Positions 47,061-56,747 of a DNA stretch of 64,000 nt are shown here, piece by piece. The notes below the pieces were generated by a model. The model saw nothing but the letters and a program-made list of their open reading frames with translations. It searched no databases and was not told where the DNA came from. The first letter of the stretch is position 1, and every line of letters starts with the position of its first letter. The position numbers and the translations under genes were made by a program. This DNA is from Candidatus Cloacimonadales bacterium (lineage in GTDB: Bacteria > Cloacimonadota > Cloacimonadia > Cloacimonadales > JAIOQZ01): positions 32,001 to 96,000 of the forward strand of contig OY771587.1 in assembly GCA_963674825.1 (NCBI GenBank). Direction: 5' to 3'.

Positions 47061-49310
47061 CTATTTGATCAGCGCCATCTTTTGGATTGCGCTGCCGGTC
47101 TTTGTGGTCAGGCGAGCGAAGTAGATACCGCTCGAGACTTTCTTACCGTTATCGTCGTGACCATTCCAAACAACACTGGTTCCAGATTCGACCACGTCGT
47201 TATCGACGAGGGTACGAATCAGCTGACCCTTGATATTGTAAACAGCAAGGGTAATCGGCTGGTTGTCCGGGATGTTGAGCGAAATGGAGGTCTCAGGATT
47301 GAACGGGTTGGGATAAACCGCGATGGAAAGACCGTTCACTTCGGGAGCAATCGGATCTTCTTCGCTATCCATCCAGGGATTACCCATTCCACCGTAAGCA
47401 CCCATATCGGCTACAAGCGTGCCCATGGCAGGCCAGAGCGGTGAACCGGAGTTATCCGGATCTTCCATGTCTTGCTGATCGCCATTGGGATCGCCAGCAT
47501 CGATACAAGGTGACTCATCGGTCAGATACCATTCTGCTGCAAGGATATCATCAACGATACCAGCTTCGGCAGTTGGATTCGCGAAGAGCGGGTCCGCATC
47601 GATATTGCCGGTTCCGTCGTAGCCACCCGAAATACAGTTGTAGGTAGCGTAGAAATCGCCAAGCAGGTCGAGGAGCGGATCGTCTTCACCGATGATGATA
47701 TTGTTGGTGAGGGTCATATCCGAGTTGTACAGGAAGATGGTAGCGCCAGAGCTTCCTGCGCAGAGGTTGTTCGCGATGGTGTTATTGATAAGCACCGGAG
47801 CCGAATTCTCACGAGCACTGATCGCGCCAGACTGGTTAGCCTGGTTGTTCACGATGAAGTTGTTCGAAAGAACGGGCGAGGATGTTTCCATACCGATCGC
47901 ACCGGCAAGCGAACCGCCATTGTTGTTACCGAAGAAGCTCTTGCTGATAGAGACATCACCGGCGTTCAACATCTGGATCGCACCGCCCTGATCGGAAGCT
48001 GTGTTGCCGATGAAGCGGCAGTTCTGGATATCCACACCGGATTCTTCGATATAGATCGCGCTTTCGTCCGCGTTGTAGAACTCGCAGTTGTAAAGCATTG
48101 AAGTATTCTGGTTTGCGCCGATGAAATCGACACCGTTCCAAGTGTTGCGATCCGGTGTATTGAACATGATGGCGTCATCATCGGTAGCGTCAGCGATCAG
48201 CGTACCATTGACGATCATTCCGGTACCGGTCTGGCCGGTGATAACCGTACCCGGCTCGATAACGAGCTGAGATCCGGCTGGAACAACGATATCGCCAAGC
48301 AAGTGATACTCGCCGTACTGGGGATCCCAGTGACCGGCTACGTTACCGTAGATATTGCCAGTGTCCATCACATAGACGTAATCTTCCATGGTGATGGTGT
48401 CTGTTTGCTCACCGTCGGAAACGGTAAGGGATACAGTGTAAGAACCCGGTTCGGTATAAACCCATGCCGGATCTTCTTCTTCGCTATCGATTTCGCCGTC
48501 GCCGTCGAAATCCCATTCCCATGATACGAGGCCACCAGGAGGCATCGAAAGGCTGGTGAACTGAACGCCCAGCGCGGGAGGTCCGGACACAACGTCCGCC
48601 GTGAAATTCGCGCCAAACTGCATCAGTTCGCTCATCGCTGCCTGATGGATGGTGTGATCGCCGGAGATCGTCTGAATCAGAACGACGCCGCGGAGATCAT
48701 CAACACTGTCATATTCGAAATCGGCTCCAAGTGTCGCAGAGTAGGTTCCGGTCTCGCCTGTAACGGAGAGATCGAAATCCTGTGCTTCATAGCGACGCAC
48801 AACACAGAAGTAGTCGTCTGTATAATGCTGAGTGACGATGAACATGATCTTGTTGTTGTCCGTATCGATATCTCCAGTCATCAGAACATCAGCCTGAATC
48901 AGGAAGTTATCGGGATCGGACTGAACAAAAGCAACATTGATTTCCGCCGGAGCATCGTTACCGATTATCTGGTTGTATTTAACCAGATAACGCGGATAGG
49001 TCGTTCCGCCACCGACGTCTTCAAGGTAACCGCCGAACTGCGCATGCGGGATACCGCTTACGCCGTACATGCTTCCACGAGGGCTATAGTTAGGGCTCGT
49101 GGGGCAGGTTGCCTCATTGGTTCCACCATTCCAGATCAAAGGGATAACATTCTCGTTATCCGTGTTCAATTGAAGCAGCCCAGACCGAGCTGCGGGACAG
49201 TAGCCGCACCATGTCTGCGTAAACACTTCGCCGACCACCTGTATCTGGGTAGCCATTGCAAGTGACGCAGCAAGGAGCAGCAGCAAGAAGACGACTAATC
49301 TTCTAGACAT
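47061..49310 (-). CDS. Secreted protein: Omp28/thioredoxin-like domain (CGYC) + PKD + beta-helix + FlgD-Ig/T9SS-type CTD
   Basis: Signal peptide; EVFTQTWCGYCP; YGVSGIP; WEWDFDGDG (PKD); Asn-ladder repeats; YPNPFNPET...QKMALIK. Confidence 0.85.
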   Translation of the reverse strand: MSRRLVVFLLLLLAASLAMATQIQVVGEVFTQTWCGYCPAARSGLLQLNTDNENVIPLIWNGGTNEATCPTSPNYSPRGSMYGVSGIPHAQFGGYLEDVGGGTTYPRYLVKYNQIIGNDAPAEINVAFVQSDPDNFLIQADVLMTGDIDTDNNKIMFIVTQHYTDDYFCVVRRYEAQDFDLSVTGETGTYSATLGADFEYDSVDDLRGVVLIQTISGDHTIHQAAMSELMQFGANFTADVVSGPPALGVQFTSLSMPPGGLVSWEWDFDGDGEIDSEEEDPAWVYTEPGSYTVSLTVSDGEQTDTITMEDYVYVMDTGNIYGNVAGHWDPQYGEYHLLGDIVVPAGSQLVIEPGTVITGQTGTGMIVNGTLIADATDDDAIMFNTPDRNTWNGVDFIGANQNTSMLYNCEFYNADESAIYIEESGVDIQNCRFIGNTASDQGGAIQMLNAGDVSISKSFFGNNNGGSLAGAIGMETSSPVLSNNFIVNNQANQSGAISARENSAPVLINNTIANNLCAGSSGATIFLYNSDMTLTNNIIIGEDDPLLDLLGDFYATYNCISGGYDGTGNIDADPLFANPTAEAGIVDDILAAEWYLTDESPCIDAGDPNGDQQDMEDPDNSGSPLWPAMGTLVADMGAYGGMGNPWMDSEEDPIAPEVNGLSIAVYPNPFNPETSISLNIPDNQPITLAVYNIKGQLIRTLVDNDVVESGTSVVWNGHDDNGKKVSSGIYFARLTTKTGSAIQKMALIK

Positions 49311-49394
49311 CAAGTTCCTCCTTACGTTGCTGTTACGTTCTACGTAATAGTATATTTATTATGCAGAAATTTCAAAGATCGTTGCCGGAGGCCG

Positions 49395-51641
49395 TTACTT
49401 TATCAACGCCATCCTTGTGGTGACGGTGTGATTTCCGGCTGTCATTCGTGCGAAGTAGATACCACTTGAAACCGATTTACCTGCATTGTCGATGCCCTTC
49501 CATGTCAGATTCATCGACTGCGGTTTCTCGTTGTCGAGCAGCGTGTAAACCTTCTGACCACGAATGTTGTAGATCGCGACAGTCACTGGCTTCTGGCTCT
49601 CTTGAGCACTAAGCTGAAGCTGGATGGTCGTCTCAGGATTGAACGGGTTCGGGTAGACACTCATGCCGATCGAGCTGACGCTCGGCGGAATGGTCTCGTC
49701 TTCGTCGTTATCGACGTACGGAGCTCCGTCGCCGCCATACGCGCCCATATCGTTGGTCAGCGAGCCCATCGCCGGCCAAAGAGCATATCCTGTGTTGTCG
49801 GGGTCTTCCTGATCGTAGTAATCCTGCATGGGATTACCTGCATCGATACAGGGTGAACCTTCCTGAAGGAACCAGCGTGCCGCAACGCCGTCGTAATCGA
49901 CGCCACTGCCGGCAGACGGAGATGTGAACATCGGATCGGCATCGATATTCATCGTTCCTTCCCAACCACCTTCGATGTTCGAGAAATCAACCATCGGTGT
50001 ACTGTTGAGCGAATAGATGATCGAGCCTTCACCGCGCAAAATGCTGTTCATGATTTGCGGAGCTGCGTTGAACGTGAATATCGCACCACCGGATGTACCG
50101 GTATAGGTGTTATTCGCAATGGTATTGTTGTAGAAAATCGGTTCACTTCCACTCTTGAAGATCGCAGCACCGGCCGACATGCCTGTGTTGTTCACGAAAA
50201 TATTGTTCATGACTTCCGCTGAAGATGTCGTCATCTGAATCGCGCCGGAATTACTCGTACTGCTATTGTTCGCGAAAAGGCAACCGTTGATAGAGACATC
50301 AGGTGCGCTTGTCAGGTCAATCGCCGCAGGAACGCTTGCGCTGTGATTGTCATAGAACCAGCAGCCATCTACTTCCAGCGGGGCCGCATCGACGGTAATC
50401 ACCGTGTTCGTCGCACCGGAGAAACGGCAGTTGACAAACTGGTTATCCTGTTCCGTGTAGCGAATCTTCATACCCTTCCAGCTACCGTCTTCTATCGGAC
50501 GGAATACAATGGGATCACCATTACCGGCGTTCGCCACGATGCGTCCATTCACTTCGAATAGTGCGTTATTGGAAAGGATGATCTCCACACCAGGATTGAT
50601 CGTAAGCACCTCGCCTTCTTCGACTTTCACATCCCCGACGATCTCGTAGGGGCTGTATGTCGTGACCCAGGTACCTGCAACCGGTCCGGACGTGTTGCTG
50701 CCATCAGTGACCGTAATCAAGCCCTGAGCAACCGTTGTGGAGCTTTCATCATCTGTGTGGATGGTAAGACTTACGTCATAGACTCCAGGCGTGTCATAGA
50801 TCCAGAATGTGTTCTCATCCTGGCTGTCGATCGTACCATCGCCATTGAAATCCCATTCCCATGCGGTGATTTCACCAGCCGGGAAAGAATGGCTTTCGAA
50901 GCTTACAACCAGGTTCGCAGGTCCCTGCGTAATGCTGGCATCGATCACGGCAAGTGTTCCGGTGAACGGTGTCGAGACAGCCTGCAAGACTGGATGATTC
51001 CCTGAAAGACTCTGTACGACGACAACTGCTTTTACCCCCTGAAGATCCCAGGAAGAATCAAGTGTGACCGGATATTCGAAGTAGCCGGTTTGGCCCGACT
51101 GAGTAAGATCGAAGGTCTCGGCGTTATAATCCACTACGGTACAGAAGTATTCGTCGGTGAACGCATATGTGAGCATGTAGATGATACGATTGTTTGATGT
51201 GGTAACATTGCCGGTAAGCTCTACATTCGCCATGATAGCGAGCTCGCCGGAATTGTTGGTTCCCAGTTCGATATCGATATCGATCGGAGAGTTGTCATTG
51301 ATGATGCTGTTGTATTCAGTCAGATAGTAGGGATACATATCTGTACCGCCGCCGGAAACCTGTTCGGTTCCGCCGAAAACAGCAGTTGGAAGTCCGCTTA
51401 CACCATAAAGGTTGTACCGCGTACTATAACCGGGACTCGGATGTTCGCCATCACCCTCCCAGATGAGCGGAACGACGTTGTCGTTCTGTTCGAATAACTG
51501 AAGAAGCCCAGACCGGGCGTCAGGACAGTAGGGGCACCACGTTTCCGTGAAAACCTCCGCCAGTACCCCTATCTGCGTCGCCTGTAACAGCAACGCCGAC
51601 ATGAGCATCAGCAGGAGGAGCAGTAGTCGATTGGATATCAC
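49395..51641 (-). CDS. Secreted protein: Omp28/thioredoxin-like domain (CPYC) + PKD + beta-helix + FlgD-Ig/T9SS-type CTD
   Basis: AAGGAGG RBS before GTG 51641; EVFTETWCPYCP; YGVSGLPT; WEWDFNGDG; YPNPFNPETTI...RMALIK; paralog of the downstream gene. Confidence 0.85.
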   Translation of the reverse strand: MISNRLLLLLLMLMSALLLQATQIGVLAEVFTETWCPYCPDARSGLLQLFEQNDNVVPLIWEGDGEHPSPGYSTRYNLYGVSGLPTAVFGGTEQVSGGGTDMYPYYLTEYNSIINDNSPIDIDIELGTNNSGELAIMANVELTGNVTTSNNRIIYMLTYAFTDEYFCTVVDYNAETFDLTQSGQTGYFEYPVTLDSSWDLQGVKAVVVVQSLSGNHPVLQAVSTPFTGTLAVIDASITQGPANLVVSFESHSFPAGEITAWEWDFNGDGTIDSQDENTFWIYDTPGVYDVSLTIHTDDESSTTVAQGLITVTDGSNTSGPVAGTWVTTYSPYEIVGDVKVEEGEVLTINPGVEIILSNNALFEVNGRIVANAGNGDPIVFRPIEDGSWKGMKIRYTEQDNQFVNCRFSGATNTVITVDAAPLEVDGCWFYDNHSASVPAAIDLTSAPDVSINGCLFANNSSTSNSGAIQMTTSSAEVMNNIFVNNTGMSAGAAIFKSGSEPIFYNNTIANNTYTGTSGGAIFTFNAAPQIMNSILRGEGSIIYSLNSTPMVDFSNIEGGWEGTMNIDADPMFTSPSAGSGVDYDGVAARWFLQEGSPCIDAGNPMQDYYDQEDPDNTGYALWPAMGSLTNDMGAYGGDGAPYVDNDEDETIPPSVSSIGMSVYPNPFNPETTIQLQLSAQESQKPVTVAIYNIRGQKVYTLLDNEKPQSMNLTWKGIDNAGKSVSSGIYFARMTAGNHTVTTRMALIK

Positions 51642-51700
51642 TCCAGCCTCCTTTGTATTTGTTGACACGTAATTTTCGTACAGCACATATTTATGCTAAG

Positions 51701-53074
51701 CTATTTCAGCAGAAGCATCTTTTTAGCAGCGGTGTTCGTTTCCCCTTCGAGGCGATAGTAATATACGCCGCTGGTTACATCGTTGTTATTGTCGTCTTTG
51801 CCATCCCAGACCACGCTGCCCTGACCCTGATGTGTTTTCAGGCCGGTGATTCGTCTTACCTGCTGACCACGAACATTGTAGATTACAAGGTCGGTGTTCT
51901 GAGGATTGTCGTTTGTCAGCGCGAAGCGGATAGTTGTTTCCGGGTTGAACGGATTCGGTGAGTTCTGTCCAAGCACCACTCCTGCAAACGGGACTGTGTC
52001 TTCATTTGTGGGGCTGCCGGTTTCATAAGTGAAATGGATCGTATTTGTGGTTCCATGCTCAGGAACAATATTGAAATTGAAATCTGCAAGGCCATTGGAA
52101 TTAATGTTCGGGATGTTGAAATCCAATGCCATGGTTTCGCCCTGTGCCAGTGTGAATTCCCATTCTGTCGGGTGGCAGCCGCCTTCACCGGCTTCGTCAA
52201 CATGACAGAACATGACCATCCAGCTTTCCGGAGCTGAATTAACCTCGATCGAAGCCGTGAACGACATCTCGATGCCCAAGTTCTTCACAAAGAAATGTTC
52301 GCTTTCATACTGATACATCTCGCCAGCATAAGCCGGTCCGGTTACGTCAGTTTCAAATGGAACGCCGATGCGATAAGCATTGCTTGAAACAGCATAGTTC
52401 GAAGCAGTTTGAACGATCGTGTTGTCGTTATCCTGAACATACGCGATTATGTTCAAGTTTGTGGAAACCCAGCCGGCATCGATGGTGAATGTACCGGTGA
52501 ATGTCTGCTCGGAACCCTGTCCGGTAATTGCAATACCCTCATGAAGGATTTGACGAGCTACGTGGGTAGCGTTGGCCAGATCATCTTCAATAAGGATAAA
52601 ACGGATGTTTCCGGTAGTGATTTCAAATGTGTCAGAAAGCATCTCAACCGATACGCTGTACGCGCCGGTTGCTGCATCGAAACTGTCGATCATGATGTCG
52701 ATCGGAGATGCGTCAAATTTGCTTCCCTCAACGATCGCGGAATAATCCGTGCCATCAGCCACGGTATCGCCACCACCAACAACGGTTGACGCACCATTGA
52801 ATACCGCGGTGGGGAATTCGGTAAGGCCATACAGAGCGATCATCGCGTCCACATCCTCATTGCCCAATTCGCCATTGAAATATTGAACCGGTACCCAGAA
52901 GGATTTATCCCAGTTAGATTCAGTAGCAGCCATACCATCCTGAGCATCTTGCTGCTCCCCTGCGGTAAGGTCATTTCCAATCTCAGCCATCATGATCTTT
53001 GGCGTTGCCGTGAATGTGGCGAAAAGCCCGACCGCCATCAAGCTGATAATCATGATTAAATTCACACGCTTCAT
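51701..53074 (-). CDS. Secreted Omp28-like protein lacking CxxC, with FlgD-Ig/T9SS-type CTD
   Basis: GGAGG RBS; YGLTEFPTAVFNG, IRFILIEDD...HVAR, IIAYVQD; QNSPNPFNPETTI...KKMLLLK. Confidence 0.78.
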   Translation of the reverse strand: MKRVNLIMIISLMAVGLFATFTATPKIMMAEIGNDLTAGEQQDAQDGMAATESNWDKSFWVPVQYFNGELGNEDVDAMIALYGLTEFPTAVFNGASTVVGGGDTVADGTDYSAIVEGSKFDASPIDIMIDSFDAATGAYSVSVEMLSDTFEITTGNIRFILIEDDLANATHVARQILHEGIAITGQGSEQTFTGTFTIDAGWVSTNLNIIAYVQDNDNTIVQTASNYAVSSNAYRIGVPFETDVTGPAYAGEMYQYESEHFFVKNLGIEMSFTASIEVNSAPESWMVMFCHVDEAGEGGCHPTEWEFTLAQGETMALDFNIPNINSNGLADFNFNIVPEHGTTNTIHFTYETGSPTNEDTVPFAGVVLGQNSPNPFNPETTIRFALTNDNPQNTDLVIYNVRGQQVRRITGLKTHQGQGSVVWDGKDDNNNDVTSGVYYYRLEGETNTAAKKMLLLK

Positions 53075-53111
53075 TGTATCCTCCAATATCAATATATTAT
53101 TTTCAATTTAT

Positions 53112-53258
53112 CCCTCATCCCCCGCCTTCTCCCACTTCATGGGCGAAGGAGCTATAAGGATGCCCTTGGGGGCCGTCGCTACGGTCTCCATTGAACCCTC
53201 AACCCATCTCACATGTCGCGTTCCCTCTCTCGCTTGCGGGAGAGAAACAGGGTGAGGG
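53112..53258 (+). repeat. BoxC-like palindromic unit (solo copy)
   Basis: CCCTCATCCCCCGCCTTCTCCCAC identical to the 36950 unit; right arm CCCTCTCTCGCTTGCGGGAGAGAAACAGGGTGAGGG. Confidence 0.8.
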
Positions 53259-53262
53259 TTTC

Positions 53263-54759
53263 CTAAAACGTCGTCGTCAGTTCCAGCAAAACGCCTTCAA
53301 AGGCAGATTGCTGGCGGCAGATTCCATTACGGCAGACCTTGCCGCCTTTCTGCTTGCCTGCGAACAATGTCATATAGGTATCATCGGTGATGGGCGCGGA
53401 CACTTCTCCACCTACCCACCACGGTGCTTTGTCGATATCGCCCGTTTCTTCGTATTCGGTCTCGGCTGTCAGCGACATATTCCAGGAATTGATCGCCCAA
53501 TCGACCTGAAGAAGCGGTTCCACATGATCGGCTTCAACCTGACCATGCTTCTTGGTTACCATTTCGTATTCGGCACGCGCCATTACCGGCATTTCGAATA
53601 GATAGAAATCGAATGCCAGTGCGGGTGTGACTTCCTTTTCCCAAGTTTCGTTCACTTCGTTGCGATACTCGAGATGCTCGAAGTCCGCAGTAATGGTGAA
53701 CGATTCGAATTCGTGCTTCCCCTGCAGGAAGAGGTTCGCTTGCTGGTAGTCGTCATCCGAGCTCCAGGCTTCGGCGTAATTTACAAGCACTTCCGTCGCG
53801 TAATCCGGGATGAAACGGACTTCGCCCATAAATCCCTCTTCGTCCTCACCCGGCTTGAGTCCGCTTTCGGTAAGCGGCTCGTCGGCGTGGTTCATAGTGG
53901 GGATATCCTGTAGCGGCTCGATGGAATCGGTGCGGTAGTTGAAGTCTTCGTACTTCTTGTAAGCACCGGTGATGGTGAACATAGGAACGTAGATGGTCAT
54001 GTTGGTATAGAGGCCCTCGCCGTCACGGTTTTCGGTAAGCAGCTCGGTCTCTTTCATTTTAGCATATTCACCGTAGAAATCAATGATATCCATGTTGAAA
54101 TTTACATGACCGCCGATGGTGGTCAACTTCGAGAATTTATCGGTCTCGGAATTGGTCTCCGGATCGATCGTGGTGTAGCCCTGGCGTAATCCGAGCAAGG
54201 TCATGCCCATGCGCAGCGGCTTGGCGATCTTCACTTCGAGATCAGCACCGGAGACGATATCGTTCTTGTCGTCACCATTGCGTTCGATGGGGTAAGCGGC
54301 GTACATGCCCTGGACAGTAAAGATATCGCGGGTGTAGCGGACCTTGGCACCTTCGAGGCGTGTATCGTGATCAAGGTCGTCGTCTTCCCAACTGCGGAAG
54401 ATCATACCAGAGCCATAAGAGCCTTCCATCGTACCGGCATGCGCCATGAGGTTTTCGGTTTCATAGGTGATCCAGCGTTCGTCCCATTGGTAAGAGATAT
54501 CCTCTTCCTCGAGCTGATCGACCATCTCACCTTCATAGCTGCTGTACTTAGGATATCCGGCAATGAACGCCATGCCGAACGTCACATTCTTATAATTAAG
54601 GCGGAACGAAAAATCATCTTCGAAATAATGCTTCAAGGAATCGCCTTCCGCCTCGCGATAGCGGTATTCAATTTCATTCACGCCGGTGATGGAGAAGGTT
54701 TCCTCCGCGAAAATCAGAGCCGACGAGATGACAAGTAATATCAGAATCAAATATCTCAT
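53263..54759 (-). CDS. Outer-membrane beta-barrel protein with C-terminal CxxGxC motif (DUF6029-like)
   Basis: Signal peptide, amphipathic beta strands, terminal LLELTTTF beta-signal, YGSGMIFRS, GKQKGGKVCRNGICR. Confidence 0.75.
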   Translation of the reverse strand: MRYLILILLVISSALIFAEETFSITGVNEIEYRYREAEGDSLKHYFEDDFSFRLNYKNVTFGMAFIAGYPKYSSYEGEMVDQLEEEDISYQWDERWITYETENLMAHAGTMEGSYGSGMIFRSWEDDDLDHDTRLEGAKVRYTRDIFTVQGMYAAYPIERNGDDKNDIVSGADLEVKIAKPLRMGMTLLGLRQGYTTIDPETNSETDKFSKLTTIGGHVNFNMDIIDFYGEYAKMKETELLTENRDGEGLYTNMTIYVPMFTITGAYKKYEDFNYRTDSIEPLQDIPTMNHADEPLTESGLKPGEDEEGFMGEVRFIPDYATEVLVNYAEAWSSDDDYQQANLFLQGKHEFESFTITADFEHLEYRNEVNETWEKEVTPALAFDFYLFEMPVMARAEYEMVTKKHGQVEADHVEPLLQVDWAINSWNMSLTAETEYEETGDIDKAPWWVGGEVSAPITDDTYMTLFAGKQKGGKVCRNGICRQQSAFEGVLLELTTTF

Positions 54760-54768
54760 GCCTTCCGC

Positions 54769-55266
54769 CTATTCGCCTGTGACCGGCTCGGGATTTAGAG
54801 CTTTCACGATCTCTTCTTCCAGGTGCTTCTCGTCGCCCTTCTGGTAGCCTACATGCGAAAAGACGATCTCGCTGTCCTTGTTGATAATCAGCGTATGTGG
54901 CGGATTCTGCGCGTTGAGGGCTTTATAGACCTTCATTTCCGGATCGAGAAGGGTCAGGAATTCGAAGCGATTTTTCACATAGCGAACAGCGTCTTGCTTC
55001 TTGGAGGGCTTATCTACCGAGATACAGACAACCGTGATCTCGTCCTTATATTTCTTCTGGAGAACGTCCAGCTCAGGCATTTCCTTTTTACAGTTTTTGC
55101 ACCAGGTGGCCCAGAAGCTGATCACGACAGGTCCCTTTTCCAAAAGCTTGGAGAGAGTAACCTGATCCCCATTGATATCTTCAAGAGAAAAATCCTGTGC
55201 TTTATCTGCCGCGAAAAGTCCCGCAGACAGTGCCGCTATCATGATTGTGATTAAAATCGTACGCAT
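54769..55266 (-). CDS. Exported TlpA/ResA family thiol-disulfide reductase
   Basis: Signal peptide; DFSLED, PVVISFWATWCKNCKKEMP, PHTLII. Confidence 0.92.
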   Translation of the reverse strand: MRTILITIMIAALSAGLFAADKAQDFSLEDINGDQVTLSKLLEKGPVVISFWATWCKNCKKEMPELDVLQKKYKDEITVVCISVDKPSKKQDAVRYVKNRFEFLTLLDPEMKVYKALNAQNPPHTLIINKDSEIVFSHVGYQKGDEKHLEEEIVKALNPEPVTGE

Positions 55267-55280
55267 CGTAACTCTCCTTC

Positions 55281-56690
55281 CTATATACCTTCGATCGGAA
55301 CTTCGATCACGTTATAAACTTTGCAATCGTTCGCATATTCTGCATGCATGGTCTGAAGCCACATGACCAAAACCGCATCATCCGGCATGTCACCTTCGTA
55401 GTTGATCACGAGACTGTAGCCGGTACCGCCATCATACCCCATAAGCTCATCGATTGGGTTTTTTCCCTTCCAGAGCACCGCGTTGTGGTAATAACCACCA
55501 CTGTTAGACTGTGCGGTCTCTTCAATAATGGCGTAGCGGAGATAAAGATCGGTATCGTCAAAATATTCATCCAGTGAGTAATCGAGCCATACACTCAGTT
55601 CCTGCTCCGTAGCTCCCCACTTGGCTGTTGCTTTCGAGATCTCGGCCTGCGCATTGATTGAGGCGTAATCGAGAAGCGGTGTTTCATACTGAGATTGGTT
55701 GGAGATACCACCATTCTTGACGAGCTGTCCCTGAAATACCGCGGTCGGGCATTCGATGCTGCCGAGATAGTAATCCAGCAGATCGTCGTTGTCGTCATAG
55801 AAGCCATCATAGCTATCACTGATATGGTATTCAACGTAGTAGAAGATATCGCCATAAAGTTCTTTGAGGTCATGAAGCGCTTCTTCGGATGTCGGGCAGT
55901 TCGGGCACCAGGTACCGGTGAAGAGCTCGACCAGCACTTTCTGCTTGCTGGTGTCCGGTGCCTCGTTTCCATTGCCGCAGAATCTGTATTCACCACCGAC
56001 AACCGTATACGTGTCATCAACCCGCAGCGTATAGCCGGTGGAATTTTCTGTAAGCTCATATACAAACTTGCTTTCGTACTCGTCGTGATCGAGGACTTCG
56101 TAATCTACGCCAAGCGATGGTGACATATCGTCGAACAGGCCAAACAGCGAATCACGGTCAACACCATTATTGTAGTAGTCGTCTGTGAAGAAATATTCGA
56201 GTGAGGTGAAGTCGTTCGCGACAATCGCATCCAATAGATCTGTGAAATAGGCGGCCTGCCTGTCACTGAAAGATTCCACAGCACCATTGCCGACAAACTT
56301 GAATTCGCCGTTGATCTTACGAACGTAGTCGGTCATCGTTACGGTATTGTAGCCATCAATATTGATGGCATCCAGATACAGAACCCATTTCAAGATGGAA
56401 ACTTCACCCTCTTGGTATTTCTGGATTTGCACGGTGGACTGATACTGATAATCTCCGTAATTCTGTGCGAAAAGCGACAGCATATCCGAGTAGCTCTGGC
56501 CGTCGTTCATGTAGTCGTTATCATAGTATTGCATCAGAGCGGAAAGGTCATCGGCAGTACGGATCGAAGCAACCGCATCGGAAAGATCGTCGAAGAAATC
56601 GGTAAGGTTTTTGTCGAACTCATTGTCGAAACGATCACAGCCGGACAACGCCAGTAGCACCGCCACGACAAGCAAGAATAATCTCTTCAT
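55281..56690 (-). CDS. Lipoprotein with two NTF2-like repeats and C-terminal Omp28-like thioredoxin domain (CPNC)
   Basis: Lipobox LSGC after ATG 56690; repeats YDNDYMNDG / FTDDYYNNG ending GEFKFVGNG / GEYRFCGNG; KVLVELFTGTWCPNCP, VEYH, PTAVFQG. Confidence 0.82.
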   Translation of the reverse strand: MKRLFLLVVAVLLALSGCDRFDNEFDKNLTDFFDDLSDAVASIRTADDLSALMQYYDNDYMNDGQSYSDMLSLFAQNYGDYQYQSTVQIQKYQEGEVSILKWVLYLDAINIDGYNTVTMTDYVRKINGEFKFVGNGAVESFSDRQAAYFTDLLDAIVANDFTSLEYFFTDDYYNNGVDRDSLFGLFDDMSPSLGVDYEVLDHDEYESKFVYELTENSTGYTLRVDDTYTVVGGEYRFCGNGNEAPDTSKQKVLVELFTGTWCPNCPTSEEALHDLKELYGDIFYYVEYHISDSYDGFYDDNDDLLDYYLGSIECPTAVFQGQLVKNGGISNQSQYETPLLDYASINAQAEISKATAKWGATEQELSVWLDYSLDEYFDDTDLYLRYAIIEETAQSNSGGYYHNAVLWKGKNPIDELMGYDGGTGYSLVINYEGDMPDDAVLVMWLQTMHAEYANDCKVYNVIEVPIEGI

Positions 56691-56747
56691 ATCAGAACTC
56701 CAGTCATTATTTCCTAATGAAACCAATCGACAGCATCTTATCAAGGA

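Noticed and set aside
46896..47444. Short ORFs spanning repeat-rich intergenic regions (also 2790-3053, 28403-28657, 37410-37592)
   Set aside because: Translations of REP/BoxC-like repeats or antisense overlaps, with no RBS or domain support.
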